A stretch of DNA of 64,000 nt from Orbicella franksi. Its lineage: Eukaryota. The position numbers were made by a program, and so were the translations under genes. Numbering within the stretch: position 1 is the first letter of the stretch; the number at the start of each line of letters is the position of its first letter. Below the pieces are notes generated by a model. It saw nothing but the letters and a program-made list of their open reading frames with translations, was not told where the DNA came from and did not search any database. Where the stretch lies: positions 1,674,001 to 1,738,000 of the forward strand of contig OZ116707.1 in NCBI GenBank assembly GCA_964199315.1, given 5' to 3'. Shown here piece by piece: positions 38,350 to 49,934 of this stretch.

Positions 38350-38995
38350 GTTAGCAAACAGATTTTTTTAATGCTGGGGTGGAGCTGTTAGCGTACTCTG
38401 CGGTACATCCAACTACAAACTCTTTTCTCTTCTGGACTCCCTCTCTTTACAAACTAAAACTCACAATTATATAGCTATGCATTAGCAAGCTGTACAGTAA
38501 TTCGCCAATACGGTGTTTCCGAAATAAGACAAAGAATAAAGAAACAACGATGCCTGTGGTAAACGGCGTTTTGGGCTTGGCCAAAAGATAGTGAGAATTA
38601 TCTTGATCACGTATGGTCATGGGAATCGCAGTTTCCGCAGTCCCTAAATCATATGTGCATGTACTAACTCTGAGAAAGCTGACATTATTAAATTACTAAC
38701 CCTAATCAACCAATATTCTTATGAATTACTAGAGCTGATCAACACATATTCTCAGCAATGTTTCTAGAGGCACAACCTTGGCGAGTTAACCCCGCGGGTC
38801 AGATGCCACCCCGGGCTCCTTTGATCATTTTGGTCACCTGTTTTCCAGTGTTCAAAGGTTAATCAATCTCCTGAACCGCGTTGTGGGTTACCAAAAAGGA
38901 AATAGTTATTCTTGCCAAAACATAGCGTAAAACACGCAAGGAAACTTGATAACAACATTTTTCTCGTGGGAACTTTTGCCCGAAACACGTGCAAA
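38350..38995. repeat. Dispersed repeat of about 640 bp, copy 1
   Basis: Same orientation and high similarity to 49935-50580 (GTTA.CAAACAGATTTTT...AAACACGTGC). Confidence 0.9.
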
Positions 38996-40091
38996 GATTA
39001 ACGTGACAAGGTTGTTTGTTCGGCTTTCTGTAACGCTTGTTTGCGTTACTCATATGAAGACTAGAATTTCATAAAATATTCATTAACATATTATTCCCCC
39101 CTTTAGATAATCACCTCCCGGTGACAAGAGAAATAGTGAAGGACAAAAAAATTGTGCCATTATGCAAAAACAGAACAGCAAAGCAAACCTTAGTATATAA
39201 TTCTTAAGATAGCTATTGTTGTTGTTATTGTGTGTTTGATTGTGTTTGTTTGTTTTTGTGTTTTTTTTAACTAATAAGTGCCGACTGACGTAACGCTAAT
39301 AATATCATAGCATATCAAGAACCGTTGAAAGCTACGCATACCAATCCGGAAATCTTTAAAGTCATTTTTAAGCCTATCAAGTTAGCTACAATTGAGAAAT
39401 ACTAATAACATCAAGAGTTCTTCGCGTAACAACAAATGTCAGTGTTCCATGTTTATGTGAGTGTTCAATCAGTGTTCCATCGAAAAGGCACACAGATAAG
39501 GTCCCAAAAGGACTGTGTGGCGAAACAGTGTTTTGTGTCACGCACATTGAGCGTGGCATCGGTCAAAGGGTTGATAGGTAGCAGAAGAGGTCTTGTGTAA
39601 CATCAGTGGAGATTCGTGCTAGCTGGAGCGTCAAGTGTAATGTGTGGGGCCAGTACTGCTCCATGAGGACTTCTAATAATAAAGACTTGTAGCAAATGGA
39701 GATACTTTGTTGCTTATCGCAATATGAGCGTTTTCATCATGTCTTTCAAGCAGGTCAGCAGCCCACCAATGTTGTGTTTAGTGTGACTCTCTTCTGAATT
39801 GTTTTGCTTGTGGAACAATCCAGTGTAGTGACGGATATAAACATGCTACCACTATCCTATTTCATTAAGCAAATTGCCATGTATAAGATCAAAAGTTTGG
39901 GACAATCACCAATGCCAGGTGCAGAAGATAACTTGAGTATTAAATGTTGGAGAAGTTGGCCTCAGATGCCAGGTGTATGTTGCCACGAAGATCTTGGAAT
40001 CCTTGAAGCACATGTAATTTTGGGTAGTCGGGAGTCATTTGTAAGTGGTGTCATAAGTTAAGTAAGAAAAACCAAGCCAACATACAAAGTA

Positions 40092-41905
40092 CCGTATTTA
40101 CCCTGTATAATGCGCACCCTGATTTTCCGGACAATTTTTGAAAAAACAAAAAAATCGTTGTTCAACAAAAGACAAACATTACAATGAGTATATTCCATTG
40201 CAACAGTTTAATAACATGAACTTTTAAGCTTACAATACTCAGGTAATTTGTGTTGACCTGCCGGTAAACTTTCCTGAATCACAAAGCAGTTTTTTACAAC
40301 AGTTTCGAAGTGAGCGATAATTTTAAGATTGTTAACAGTACCTCAAAATCCGTAAAAATCCTCTGACTCTGAGTCAGATGCGAAGAGCTCGTCTACAACC
40401 TCATCTTCTAAAATAGATTCATCATCTGAAGAACTGTCGAAAACACAATCATCCTCGGAACCATCCAGAGCATTTGTGATTCCACACTTTAAAAAAGATC
40501 TCGCGACCATTTCTCATGGAATATCACGCCATGCTTCGCCGATCCACTGGCACATGAGTTCTTCGGATGGTTTCTTTTGTCTTCCAGTTGCTGTCAGTTC
40601 ATGGATTCCCTCAGCCATCCATGCCATCCACCTTTGCCTGACTCTGTCCTTAAAAGGTTTGTTTAAACAGACATCTAGAGGCTGCAGTACTGAGGTGAGC
40701 CCGCCAGGAATTATGGCCAAATCCGTGTTCTCCGATTTCAGCAAACGTTTCACTTGCTCCGTCTTGTGTGCTTCAAAGGAATCCAACACAAGTAGACTTC
40801 TTCGCCGACTTAGACCTCCAATTCGACAACGCCAAACTTTTTCAATCCAAATTTTCATGATTTCACTGTCCATCCAGCCCTTTTCTTGGACAGCAACTAC
40901 GACGCCATGTTTGTTTTGGATCTTTGGCATGGTCTTGCGCTTGAAAATGACCAGCGGTTTCAGTTTGGAGCCATCTCCTGTGCATGCCAAAACGACAGTC
41001 AGGCGGTTCTTTTCATTTCCTGTGGTTTGAATCTTCACTGTTTTATCGCCGATTGTGCTGACAGTTCGATTTGATGGCATGTCAAATTGAATTGGACTCT
41101 CATCCATGTTTGCCACAAGATGAAGAGGATAGTTGTGGGCTCTTCGCTGCCTGATAACAAACTGGTGAAACTGCACGATTTTCTCTTCGTAGTCCCGTGG
41201 AAGACGTTGGGCGAACGTGGTTTTCTGTCGCAACGACAAACCATTCCTCTTCATGAATTTTTGGCACCAGTGGTTGGAAGCCTTAAACTCGCCAGCAGCA
41301 ATGTCATACTGCGGATGTTTAGAAAGTTCCATCGCTTTTAGCCTGATCATGGCCGGTAAAATCGCCAGTCCGTTGTTTCGCTTTTCTGTGATCCAAGCCA
41401 TCAGATCTTGCTCAAGGCAAGGCCAAGCCGCTTTCCTTCCACGATTCGCACGTTGAAGTCGCGGCATTTTCTCTAGGTTTTCCTTGCTTCTTCGCCAAAG
41501 GCGGATATTGCTCTCGGCAATTCCAAACTGTCGCTGGGCTGAACGATTTCCATGCTGCTCTGCAAATTGTATAACTTTCAACTTTGCTGTGGTGTAACTT
41601 TGTCGCTTCGTGTTTTCTGCTGCCATGATTGCCCGTAAGTTTACAATTATTCCAATAAAGATGCTTCAAAACAATTTGTTTTAATCTATCATATTTAAAC
41701 AGCTGTTATTGGTTAGTTATGTTTTTATTATAACAAAAGTCTTAATCACAGCCTATTAAAACCAAGTTTATTGTTCTTTCGTGTATTCATGCAAATGAGT
41801 GGAGCGGTGTAATCAACAAACAAAAGGTTCCGCATATAATGCGCAGTGCAAATTTCGAACTATAAATTTTGGAAAAAAGTGCGCATTATACACGGGTAAA
41901 TACGG
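40092..41905 (-). mobile_element. pogo-family (Passer/POGK-like, DD35D) DNA transposon, near intact
   Basis: TA TSDs at 40090-91 and 41906-07. TIR CCGTATTTACCC(G)TGTATAATGCGCAC. Confidence 0.97.
40343..41626 (-). pseudogene. pogo transposase (Brinker-like DBD, CENP-B HTH, DDE_1) with a single in-frame TGA at 40514-40516
   Basis: YTTAKLKVI, FKAS.HW..KFMKR.GLS, NMDES, LVLDSFEAH, 35 residues to QPLDV. The frame resumes after the stop as EMVARSFLKCGITNALDGSEDD..acidic tail. Confidence 0.95.
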
Positions 41906-42062
41906 TAGAGATTTGCTGTATCACGTAACCATACTTGGATCTATTAGTAACACTAAATTTCGGTCTGTTATTTGTAGTTGATATCAAACATGCAAATACT
42001 TAAACTTCTGGGTAGCTTCCTGATTGTTCTACGCCAACCCTTGGGTTCATAAACAAGTCATT

Positions 42063-42428
42063 TCAATGATAATCAAAATGGAGCCGCTGAACTAAATGGA
42101 AGATAGTAGTCGCGAGGTCATTAACGTTACAATTTGGAATACAAAGGTCGTTAGAACCAATTTCCAAAATAATGGTAGGCTGGAATCGTTTAACAACAGG
42201 CAAGTCGAATTTTTGGAGTTTCTTGACTGTTCTACCCCCAATACCAGAAAACTGCACTTTTGGAGACAGTGGTAGTTGAAAGTTCGTTGTTACACAGGAA
42301 AGGGACGATTCAGTGATGAATTTATCCAGATGCCAGACGAAGGAATGACCAAGCACCAATACAGAGGGCTGTGGCAGTGATTGCATTATGAAAGACAAAA
42401 TTTCTAAGAGAGAAAAGAAGAAACACAA
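42063..42428 (-). pseudogene. SGNH/GDSL hydrolase-like ORF (3'-truncated)
   Basis: Block I VLVLGHSFV, block II SGIGGRT, block III LEIGSNDL. Block V DxxH is absent. Confidence 0.8.
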
Positions 42429-42440
42429 ATAAATAGGTTG

Positions 42441-43930
42441 CTAGGGGGTTTTGGATTTCTGAGAAAGAAAATCTTCTAACAACCGGGGATCTAAAATGTT
42501 GCCAGCAGGCTCCCATGTAGCTTTGTTCACGGGGTAATTTACCCATTTCACCAAATATTGTGTTTCACCGTTTACCTTTCGTTGATTGAGAATTTGCTCG
42601 GCATTAAACACCGTTTGATTGTCGATTAAGACCTCTGACTCTGTGTTTGGGTCAGTGCCGGGAGGCTTGTTTGGACTCCGTGGAACAATTTCTTCGCCTG
42701 ACGCCGGTTCAGTTACATGCGGTGGAGGTTTTTCAAAACTATTCTCTGGCAAATCATCTTCGGCGAGATAGGGTTCGTCTATGGGATCGGAAATTGGAGG
42801 TTCAATGGGGCACTCATTCGGATCAAAGAAAGGTTTCATACAATTGGTATGAACTATTGAACTAACTGGGTTGTTGCCACACGTACACAAGCGGTAATGT
42901 ACTAGGCTAAGCTTCTCTACAATCCTATATGGACCGTGATAGTTGTGCAGTAATTTCTTAGAAAGACCTTTCTTTGTTTTGGGGGTAAATACCTAGACCT
43001 TTTGGCCTTCTACAAAATCCAGTTCAGCCGCACATCTGTCGTAATAAGCCTTCATTTTTTGTTGTGTCTGCATGATGTTTGCCTTAACAATTTGTTGAGC
43101 CAATTCAATCTGTTTGATAATTCTATGGCGATGTTCAGCAATAGAGCTAGCTGGGTCAGTAGTTGGTAATAGACTGACATCCATGGGAAGGAGAGGTTCT
43201 CTCCCATAAAGTAAATACAAGGGACTTTCCCCTGTGGTCTCCGAAAGAGAGGTGCGAAATGCGAGCAGAGCCACCGGAATGAAAACATCCCAATCATTTT
43301 GATTCTTACAAACATGGGTAAGGTTTGACATAATGACGAGTTCAGTCGCTCAACAGGGCCGTCACATTTCAGATTGTACGTGCTTGTGTTTAATTTCTTG
43401 ATGCTATACAAGTTGCAAACTTCACGTACTAAGGTAGAAAGAAAATTTGTCCCTCTGTTGGAAAGCAAGGTCCTAGGGGCGCCATGTCGCGGTATTATTT
43501 CATCTGTAATTAATCACACAATCGTTACAGCCTCAATGTTGGGAACTGCAAATATGTCAGGCCATTTAGTGAGATATTCAATAAAACAGACAATGTAGCG
43601 ATTACCGGACCAAGTGGTTGGTAGAGGACCGAGCACATCAACCGCTAGCCGCTCAAAGGCTGCAGAAACTGGAACAGGTAATAATGGTGCGCAATATTTG
43701 TTTCTAGGCTTCTTATGCATCGAACAATCTTGACAAGAGTGCACCCAATGCTCAACATCTTTGTACATGCCTTTCCAATAGTATCGGTCGTGAAGTTTCT
43801 CGTAAGTTTTAGATACTCCTAAGTGTCCTCCCGACAAATTGTTGTGCGCATTGACAAGAATTTCATAGCGTAACAAGGCTGGAAGCACAAGCTGAGTGTG
43901 GCGACCTTTGCACCCTCGTTTATCAGTGAG
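42441..43930 (-). pseudogene. Gypsy integrase + chromodomain (frameshifted)
   Basis: H..GGHLG..YYWKGM..C..C zinc finger, VDVLGPLP, SNRGTNF, G.VERLN, WD..LLAFRT, ESP.YLLYGR, HGPYRI. Chromodomain FNAEQILNQRKVNGETQYLVKWVNYP..ATWEP. Confidence 0.93.
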
Positions 43931-43941
43931 GTCTAAGTGGT

Positions 43942-44239
43942 ATGGTAGGTAAAGTCTACATACGAGCCAGGTGGCCCATCAGGCCAGAGCTTATCCCGGT
44001 TTCTGTAGCATGAAACAACTAGAAGTATTTCTACTCCCCCCTGGATGGGATGTTAGTCCATCGCAGGGTTACCCCCAGCATTAAGTTCACCGGTACCCAT
44101 TTATACACCTGGGTGGAGAGAGGCACTGTGAGAGTAGTGTCTTGCCCAAGAACACAACACAATGTCCCCGGCCAGGGCTCGAACCTGGACCACTCAATCC
44201 GGAGACGAGCGCACCAACCATGAGGCCACCATGCCTCCC
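43942..44239 (-). mobile_element. tRNA-derived CORE-type SINE inserted in Gypsy pol
   Basis: A box GGTGGCCTCATGG, B box GGTTCGAGCCC, CORE-like TTGGGCAAGACACT..CACAGTGCCTC. 7-bp TSD AAGTGGT at 43935-43941 and 44240-44246. Confidence 0.88.
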
Positions 44240-46765
44240 AAGTGGTGTAAGAGATTATATTCATCTAGGAAATAAACATCTTCGGACAATAGAATTCGTT
44301 TTGCTCTAACATTGTTAGACGGTAAATGGTCGCTTTCTAGGTACTTGATAATTTTACTAAGGTCTGGATCGTTGTGCTGAAAATTGAATAGGTGCTGTGT
44401 TTGTAGACCTGGGACGTCAAGGGCATTCAGGTTACAAGTACCGTAATGTCGCCTTGACAGAGCATCTGCATTGCCGTTAGTTTTGCCAGGCCTGTATACT
44501 ATGTCAAAATCAAACTGCTGAATCAGGAGAGACCATCTAGCTAAACGGCCTGTGGGGTCTTGCATCGACATTAACCATTTTAAAGCTCTATGGTCTGTGT
44601 GAATAGTAAATTTGTGTCCATACAAATATGGTTGAAATCGTTTCATGCCATCAATGACAGCCAGCGCTTCCCGCTCAGTAGTGCTGTAATTGCGTTCCAC
44701 ATGATTTAAGTCTCGTCCTGCGTAAGCTATAACGACCTCTTTTCCATCGACAATTTGCCCTAAAGTGAGACCAATTCCTGTTTGACTGGCGTCAACATAC
44801 AAATGGAATGGCAGTTTGAAGTTGGGGTACGAGAGGACTGGGGCCAAAACTAGAGCGCTCTTCAGCGTTTCAAAAGCCTTCCGACAGTCTGGTGTCCATT
44901 CAAATTCCATGTTTTTGCTAGTGAGCCTGTTTAACGGCGAGGCAATTTGTGCAAATCCTTTAATAAAACGACAGTAATAATTACACAATCCCAGAAAAGC
45001 TTTCACTCCTGAAACATTTGCTGGTACGGGAAATTCTTGAAGAGCTTGTATTTTAGCAGGATTTGGTTTTAACCCCTTCGATGATACTACATGACCTAAA
45101 TACTCAACTTCGGGCTGAACAAAATGACATTTACTTGGCTTTAAGCGCACGTTAGCCTCTCTGAGGCATTTGAAGACCTGCTCAAGGTGACGCAAGTGTT
45201 TGTCGTAGGTCCAGGAGAAAATTATAAGGTCATCTATGTACACAAGGCAAACATCCCATTCTAGGCCCCTTAAAATATGTGTCATAGTCCTTTGAAATGT
45301 TGCTGGACTATTACAGAGTCCAAAAGGAAGCACGTTAAACTCATACAGACCGTTGTGTGTAATAAAGGCTGTTTTCTCCTTAGAACTCTCCTCCATTTGC
45401 AGCTGCCAGTACCCAGACCGGAGATCGAGAGTCGAGAAAAATCGCGCCCCACCCATCGAGTCGAAGGCCTCTGTAATTAGCGGGGAACGGATGGCAATCC
45501 TTTCTGGTAATTTGGTTCAATTTTCTGTAATCTACACAAAATCTCATTGTACCATCTGATTTTTTAACTAAAACTACAGGGGAACTCCAAGGGGGGACCG
45601 AAGGCAATATAATGTCATTTTCTAGCATCTCACTAACCTGTTTCTTGATTTCTTTTCGGTTTGCTGGGGAGGTATGATATGACCTGAGTCGAACTGGTGG
45701 ATGTTGTCCTGTATCAATTGTGTGCTTCACAACCGTGCACCTGCCCAACTGGTCTGGGGTATATGCAAAAACACCTAGGTATTTTTCTAATAATTGATGC
45801 ACGCACACCTGTTCTTCTTGGGACAAGTCAGTGTCATTTACATCAAGTGGTACTCGAGGTTCAGTGTCTGATGGCGTCGGCACTTCTCATCCCGCTTCAG
45901 CCTCTAAGTCTGACTGGACCAAGTCAAATGTTGCGATTTCTGGGTCTGCCACTGAGAATTGAGCCAGCAGGGTCCTACGGTAGATACGAACCAGCTGGTT
46001 TGTAGGGTTTAACAGCCAAATTGGTACAGTTTGACTATCTGAGACCTTCACTAATTGAGCTGCTCCTAATATGTGATACCAATCTGCTAATTCTACCCTA
46101 GTGTCTATGAGTCCTGACGAATCTACTGGACATGGGCTCCCTAAAGTGCCTGGGACTAAAATCTCAGACTGTGGTGGAATTATAAATGAAGACTCCGCGT
46201 GTACCACGCAACTGAAAGGTTTGCAACTTCCCACGGGCATATCTGGAACGAAATTCTCAAACAGGAATGGTTCGGTTTCCAATGCGAGAGTATGATGTTC
46301 AAGGTCAATTTTAGCCTTATAGAATTCAAGGAAATCGCAACCCAGTATTGCATCATATGCCATGGCATCAATGATTAGAGCGTTAAAAGGATAACTCTTA
46401 AGATTGATGTGGAAAGGCACTTCAACTCGACCTAATATTGGGATTGTTTCTCCGCTGACAGATTTGATCGAACGAATTGTCGTCCCAGTAGGATGTTTTG
46501 AAAGAGCTGGAAGTTGTCTCCAAACATCGGCTTTAATAGCGGTCACACTAGGCCTGGTGTCTACAAGAAAGGAAAACTTTTTGCCGTAAATATTTGCTTC
46601 AATGGAAATATTTGTTGTGTTTTGTGAAAGCGGCACGGGATCTTGTGTCAGAAGAGCAATAAGCTGTTCATTTATTTCACAAGAATCAATAGAACAGGCG
46701 TCTGGGTCTATGGACTGGTATAGCAAATCACCATTGGCATCGGAACAATCCGCTAAACTTTCCAC
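44240..46765 (-). pseudogene. Gypsy protease / dUTPase-like / RT / RNase H (frameshifted)
   Basis: FLVDT(R/G) protease, LGCDFL, FIIPPQSEILV, RFCVDYRKLN, LDLRSGYWQ, LPFGLCNSPATFQ, YIDD, VDASQTGIG, EREALA, TDHRAL, NADALSR. Confidence 0.95.
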
Positions 46766-48124
46766 AATGGTTATTTCTTGTGCTGTCTCTACCAGTTTCG
46801 CCTTACTCTTTCTATTTGTTTCCGAGCCTATATTCTGACTATGGCTTCACTCAGGACAATCGGTTGAGAGAGGACAGACTTTGATCATTTGAACCATAAA
46901 GGCGTCGAAACATTTGAAGATAGACCAACACATTAATTTAAAAGGCTCTGTTACGTAATAGACAAATGTAAACATCATTCCTGCAAGAAAATATATCATC
47001 GCGCACCTAATCTTCGATGTACTGATGTGCTCAAAGACATTCCGTGTGTATTGAAACTGCGCCACTTGTGGGTCGCTGTACAGTTTGTTTCCGACCCTTT
47101 TGGCAATTTGAGCAACTTTCTATATTCGACAAGTGATATGAAACTATGGGTTCTTGAAATGCAAAATGACTATTAACCACCGCAATCCTGTTATCCTGTG
47201 ACTCTACGATTTTGAAAATAATTTCCGGTTCTATCAAGTTAAATACAACAAATTCCTGTGCATCTGTTTTGTTTCTTGTACAAACTGGCTCTATGGCCGT
47301 ACTTATTTCTGAGCTAATACTCCCATGTTGAATATTTTGTTTATCTTCCATGACGTGTTTCGAAATACTGATACTCGGGACGGGAAAAACGTCTTCTAAA
47401 TGAACATCTGAAAAAATTTCTTCTACTTGAACAACTAAGTTTTCTTTGCAACTGTAACATTGTATTTCGTTCTCTTTATTTGTGGTTTGGACTACTTCTT
47501 CACTCCTCAAAGATTCTCATAAACTTTGGCATGGCTCAGAAATAGACTCATCCTGTGGGCATGACAGGTTATCAACGTTATCCAAAACAGCTATTTTATT
47601 CACTTCTCCAAAGTTGGGTGGTTTAGATGTCACAATCTTGTTATCCCGTGGTTTAGAAATCCCTTGCGTTTTGGACTCGTCACCCGGATAACAAATTGAC
47701 CCCTGTTGTTTGTTTTCAAGGTCTTCAGTCATCTCTGCGGTAAGATTTTGACCTTGTTCTTCTTTGTGTAATCTCTCTGACATTTGTTTCGATCGCAGCG
47801 CGTGAAAGGTGCGTATTTGTGGTGTTGTGTCAGAGTTCATTGTGGTTTCTGCTCTACTCAGGAATGTAGCCTCACACGCTTGAAATTCAGCAGTCACTCG
47901 ACTACATTCTTCCTGTACGGAAGCTGCTTTTCTAATTGAGCTACTTTGTTGCAGTTCGCATAACAAAAGGTCACAATTTGTAGGTTGATAAGTGACATTC
48001 CTGTGGTTCTGATCATCCTGCTCATGTGTTACATGCAAACAATAGGCGTCATTGTAACTTGGGTAATTGGGTTGCGCGTGGTTATCAAAATTCATATAAG
48101 AGTGCATAAATTTCTTTTCTTTTC

Positions 48125-48173
48125 CGATCTCTTGTCATTCCTGTGCGCAAGAGATCGCTGCTAGTTTAAATTT
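48125..48173 (-). promoter_or_regulatory. Candidate -1 programmed ribosomal frameshift signal at the gag end
   Basis: Overlapping A-AAT-TTA and T-TTA-AAC heptamers in gag frame before TAG, a 6-nt spacer, then a perfect 10-bp stem CGATCTCTTG/CAAGAGATCG with a 13-nt loop. Confidence 0.75.
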
Positions 48174-49490
48174 TGATCTCCTGTGTGAGTCGAATATTGC
48201 GGGCATCCCCAACTCTGGGGTGGCCCACGTGGTGCATTTGAATTTGGGATTCTTGGGTCCCTACCCTGATTTTGTCGCTGGTGACAAGTTGCAATTATGT
48301 GCCCCGGTTTATTGCAAAAATCACTAATTGGGCAGCCGCCAAATGTGCGCCGGCCTCGCGTATTTTGACCGCTAAGTCGAGGGTTACGCCGCATTTCCTG
48401 TCGAATGTGTTGTTGTACAATTCTGGCGATGTCATCTCTTGTCACGGGGTGGTGCTCCTTAGGAGCAGGTTTCAAGTGTGTGTTTTTGTAGCGATCAAAT
48501 GCAGGAATGTTTGAATTTTCCTTCGTAGTAGCTGTTTGCTGCATATGCACGAGTGCTTTCAAAATTTAATCGGCTCGGTCAACCAGTTTAGGTTCGGGGA
48601 CGGATTCCTTAAGTTTCGCATGCATTTCAGCTTCTTCGAAAGATGTCGGACACTGTAAAATTACGAAGCTTTTAAGCTCGGGTTTCAAGCCTAGAATAAA
48701 ATAGTTAATACATTCCGAGCGTGGCAAGTTAATTCGCTGGCCCAAATGTAGGATACCAGCGGCAAATTCGCTAACAGACTCGGTTGCTAACTGTTTTTGT
48801 TCATTAAGTTTTTGCCTTAACAACCAAATGTTGGAGTCGGAATGAAAATGTTTTCTTAGCGCCTCGGTAAGCGTGTCGAAATTTTTTCCTGACAGACCTG
48901 GTGTGGTGTTATACCAGATACTCGCATTCCCTGTAAGATAAAGGGGCAAAATCTCCGCGTTGCAATCCTCACTAAATTTATAAAAACGAGCCATTCTGTT
49001 AAAGTTTGCCAAAAACTCGTCAACGTCTTCGTCACAGTTGCCAGAGAATTTTGGCAGAGGCACACTACTTCCACTTGGAAAAGTGGGCATTAGGTGGTTT
49101 GTTTCTACCGCTTTTGTGAGTGCTGACAATTGCTTATCCCGATGGGTCGATAGATCCTTGGTGTGGTCCTTAAGGACCTTTATAAGTTCTTCTGCGTTCA
49201 TATTTATGTGTTAATTTTGCTGGCCTTCATTGGAAGTGCCAGATGCTTCGACTACAATAGGCAGCTCTTCTCCACTTTTGTGCCCATCCGCTAGAGTATC
49301 TGAGCCTTGCGCACATGATTGCACCAGTTTTGCTGATGCTGGTTTTCTCCCGGTTTTGGGTTGTTTAGTCGAGGTTCTGGGTAATTTTGAAGATAATTTT
49401 CTCTTCCTTCCGTTCGAAAGCGGACTAGAACTTTTATTACTGGCGGGCCTAGGCGTAGAAGCCGATTTTGCCTTGCCATGAGTAAGCAGC
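48161..49490 (-). pseudogene. Gypsy gag (frameshifted)
   Basis: PKFSGNCDEDVDEFL, YLTG.ASIWY, FILGLKPELK, CDFCNKPGHIIATC zinc knuckle, ends QNLN*. Confidence 0.9.
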
Positions 49491-49934
49491 GTGAAAAAAG
49501 TTTAACTTGTGTGCCTGAATCAAAGAAAAGGAATTCTGTTCTTCCACCAAGAAACAAGACGTTCCACTAGCGATACCACATTAAAAGAGATAACAACGTG
49601 GACGGATCCAAAAAAATCGAATTCAAGGATAGGCGTGAACATCCAAGAAACAAAATAAAATCAGTCTGTGAAAAAAAAATACTAAGATGGTCAAAACTTA
49701 ATTAAAATTGTACGTTATTTACCATTACAAGACCACATGCCTTTTTCCATTCTGTCTCGTTTTTTGTTGTTGTTGTTGTTGTTGTTTTTGTTTTTGTTTT
49801 TTTTGCTAGGCCTAAGGCTTGGTTTTCCTTAGCTTAAGCATGACTTACAGTTTTCTCTTGGCATAGTCACTGGTTCTTCTTCACGTCTTGGCTGCATTGT
49901 ACCGTGGATTACCCAGATTCTCCACCAGAAATCT

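Larger units (their letters stand above)
42063..49578 (-). mobile_element. Gypsy LTR retrotransposon (chromodomain-bearing) with an extra SGNH ORF; degraded, LTRs not identified
   Basis: Candidate PBS TGGTATCGCTAGTGG (49564-49578), gag, protease, RT, RNase H, integrase, chromodomain, SGNH. Confidence 0.93.

Noticed and set aside
40476-41456. Plus-strand ORFs overlapping pogo (and similar antisense ORFs over Gypsy, Merlin and Sola)
   Set aside because: They are antisense shadows of genuine coding frames, with no motifs of their own.
41908-42062. pogo inserted inside the Gypsy SGNH ORF
   Set aside because: The sequence between the SGNH stop and pogo, and beyond pogo, does not continue the SGNH fold (no DxxH), so the Gypsy appears truncated before the pogo site.
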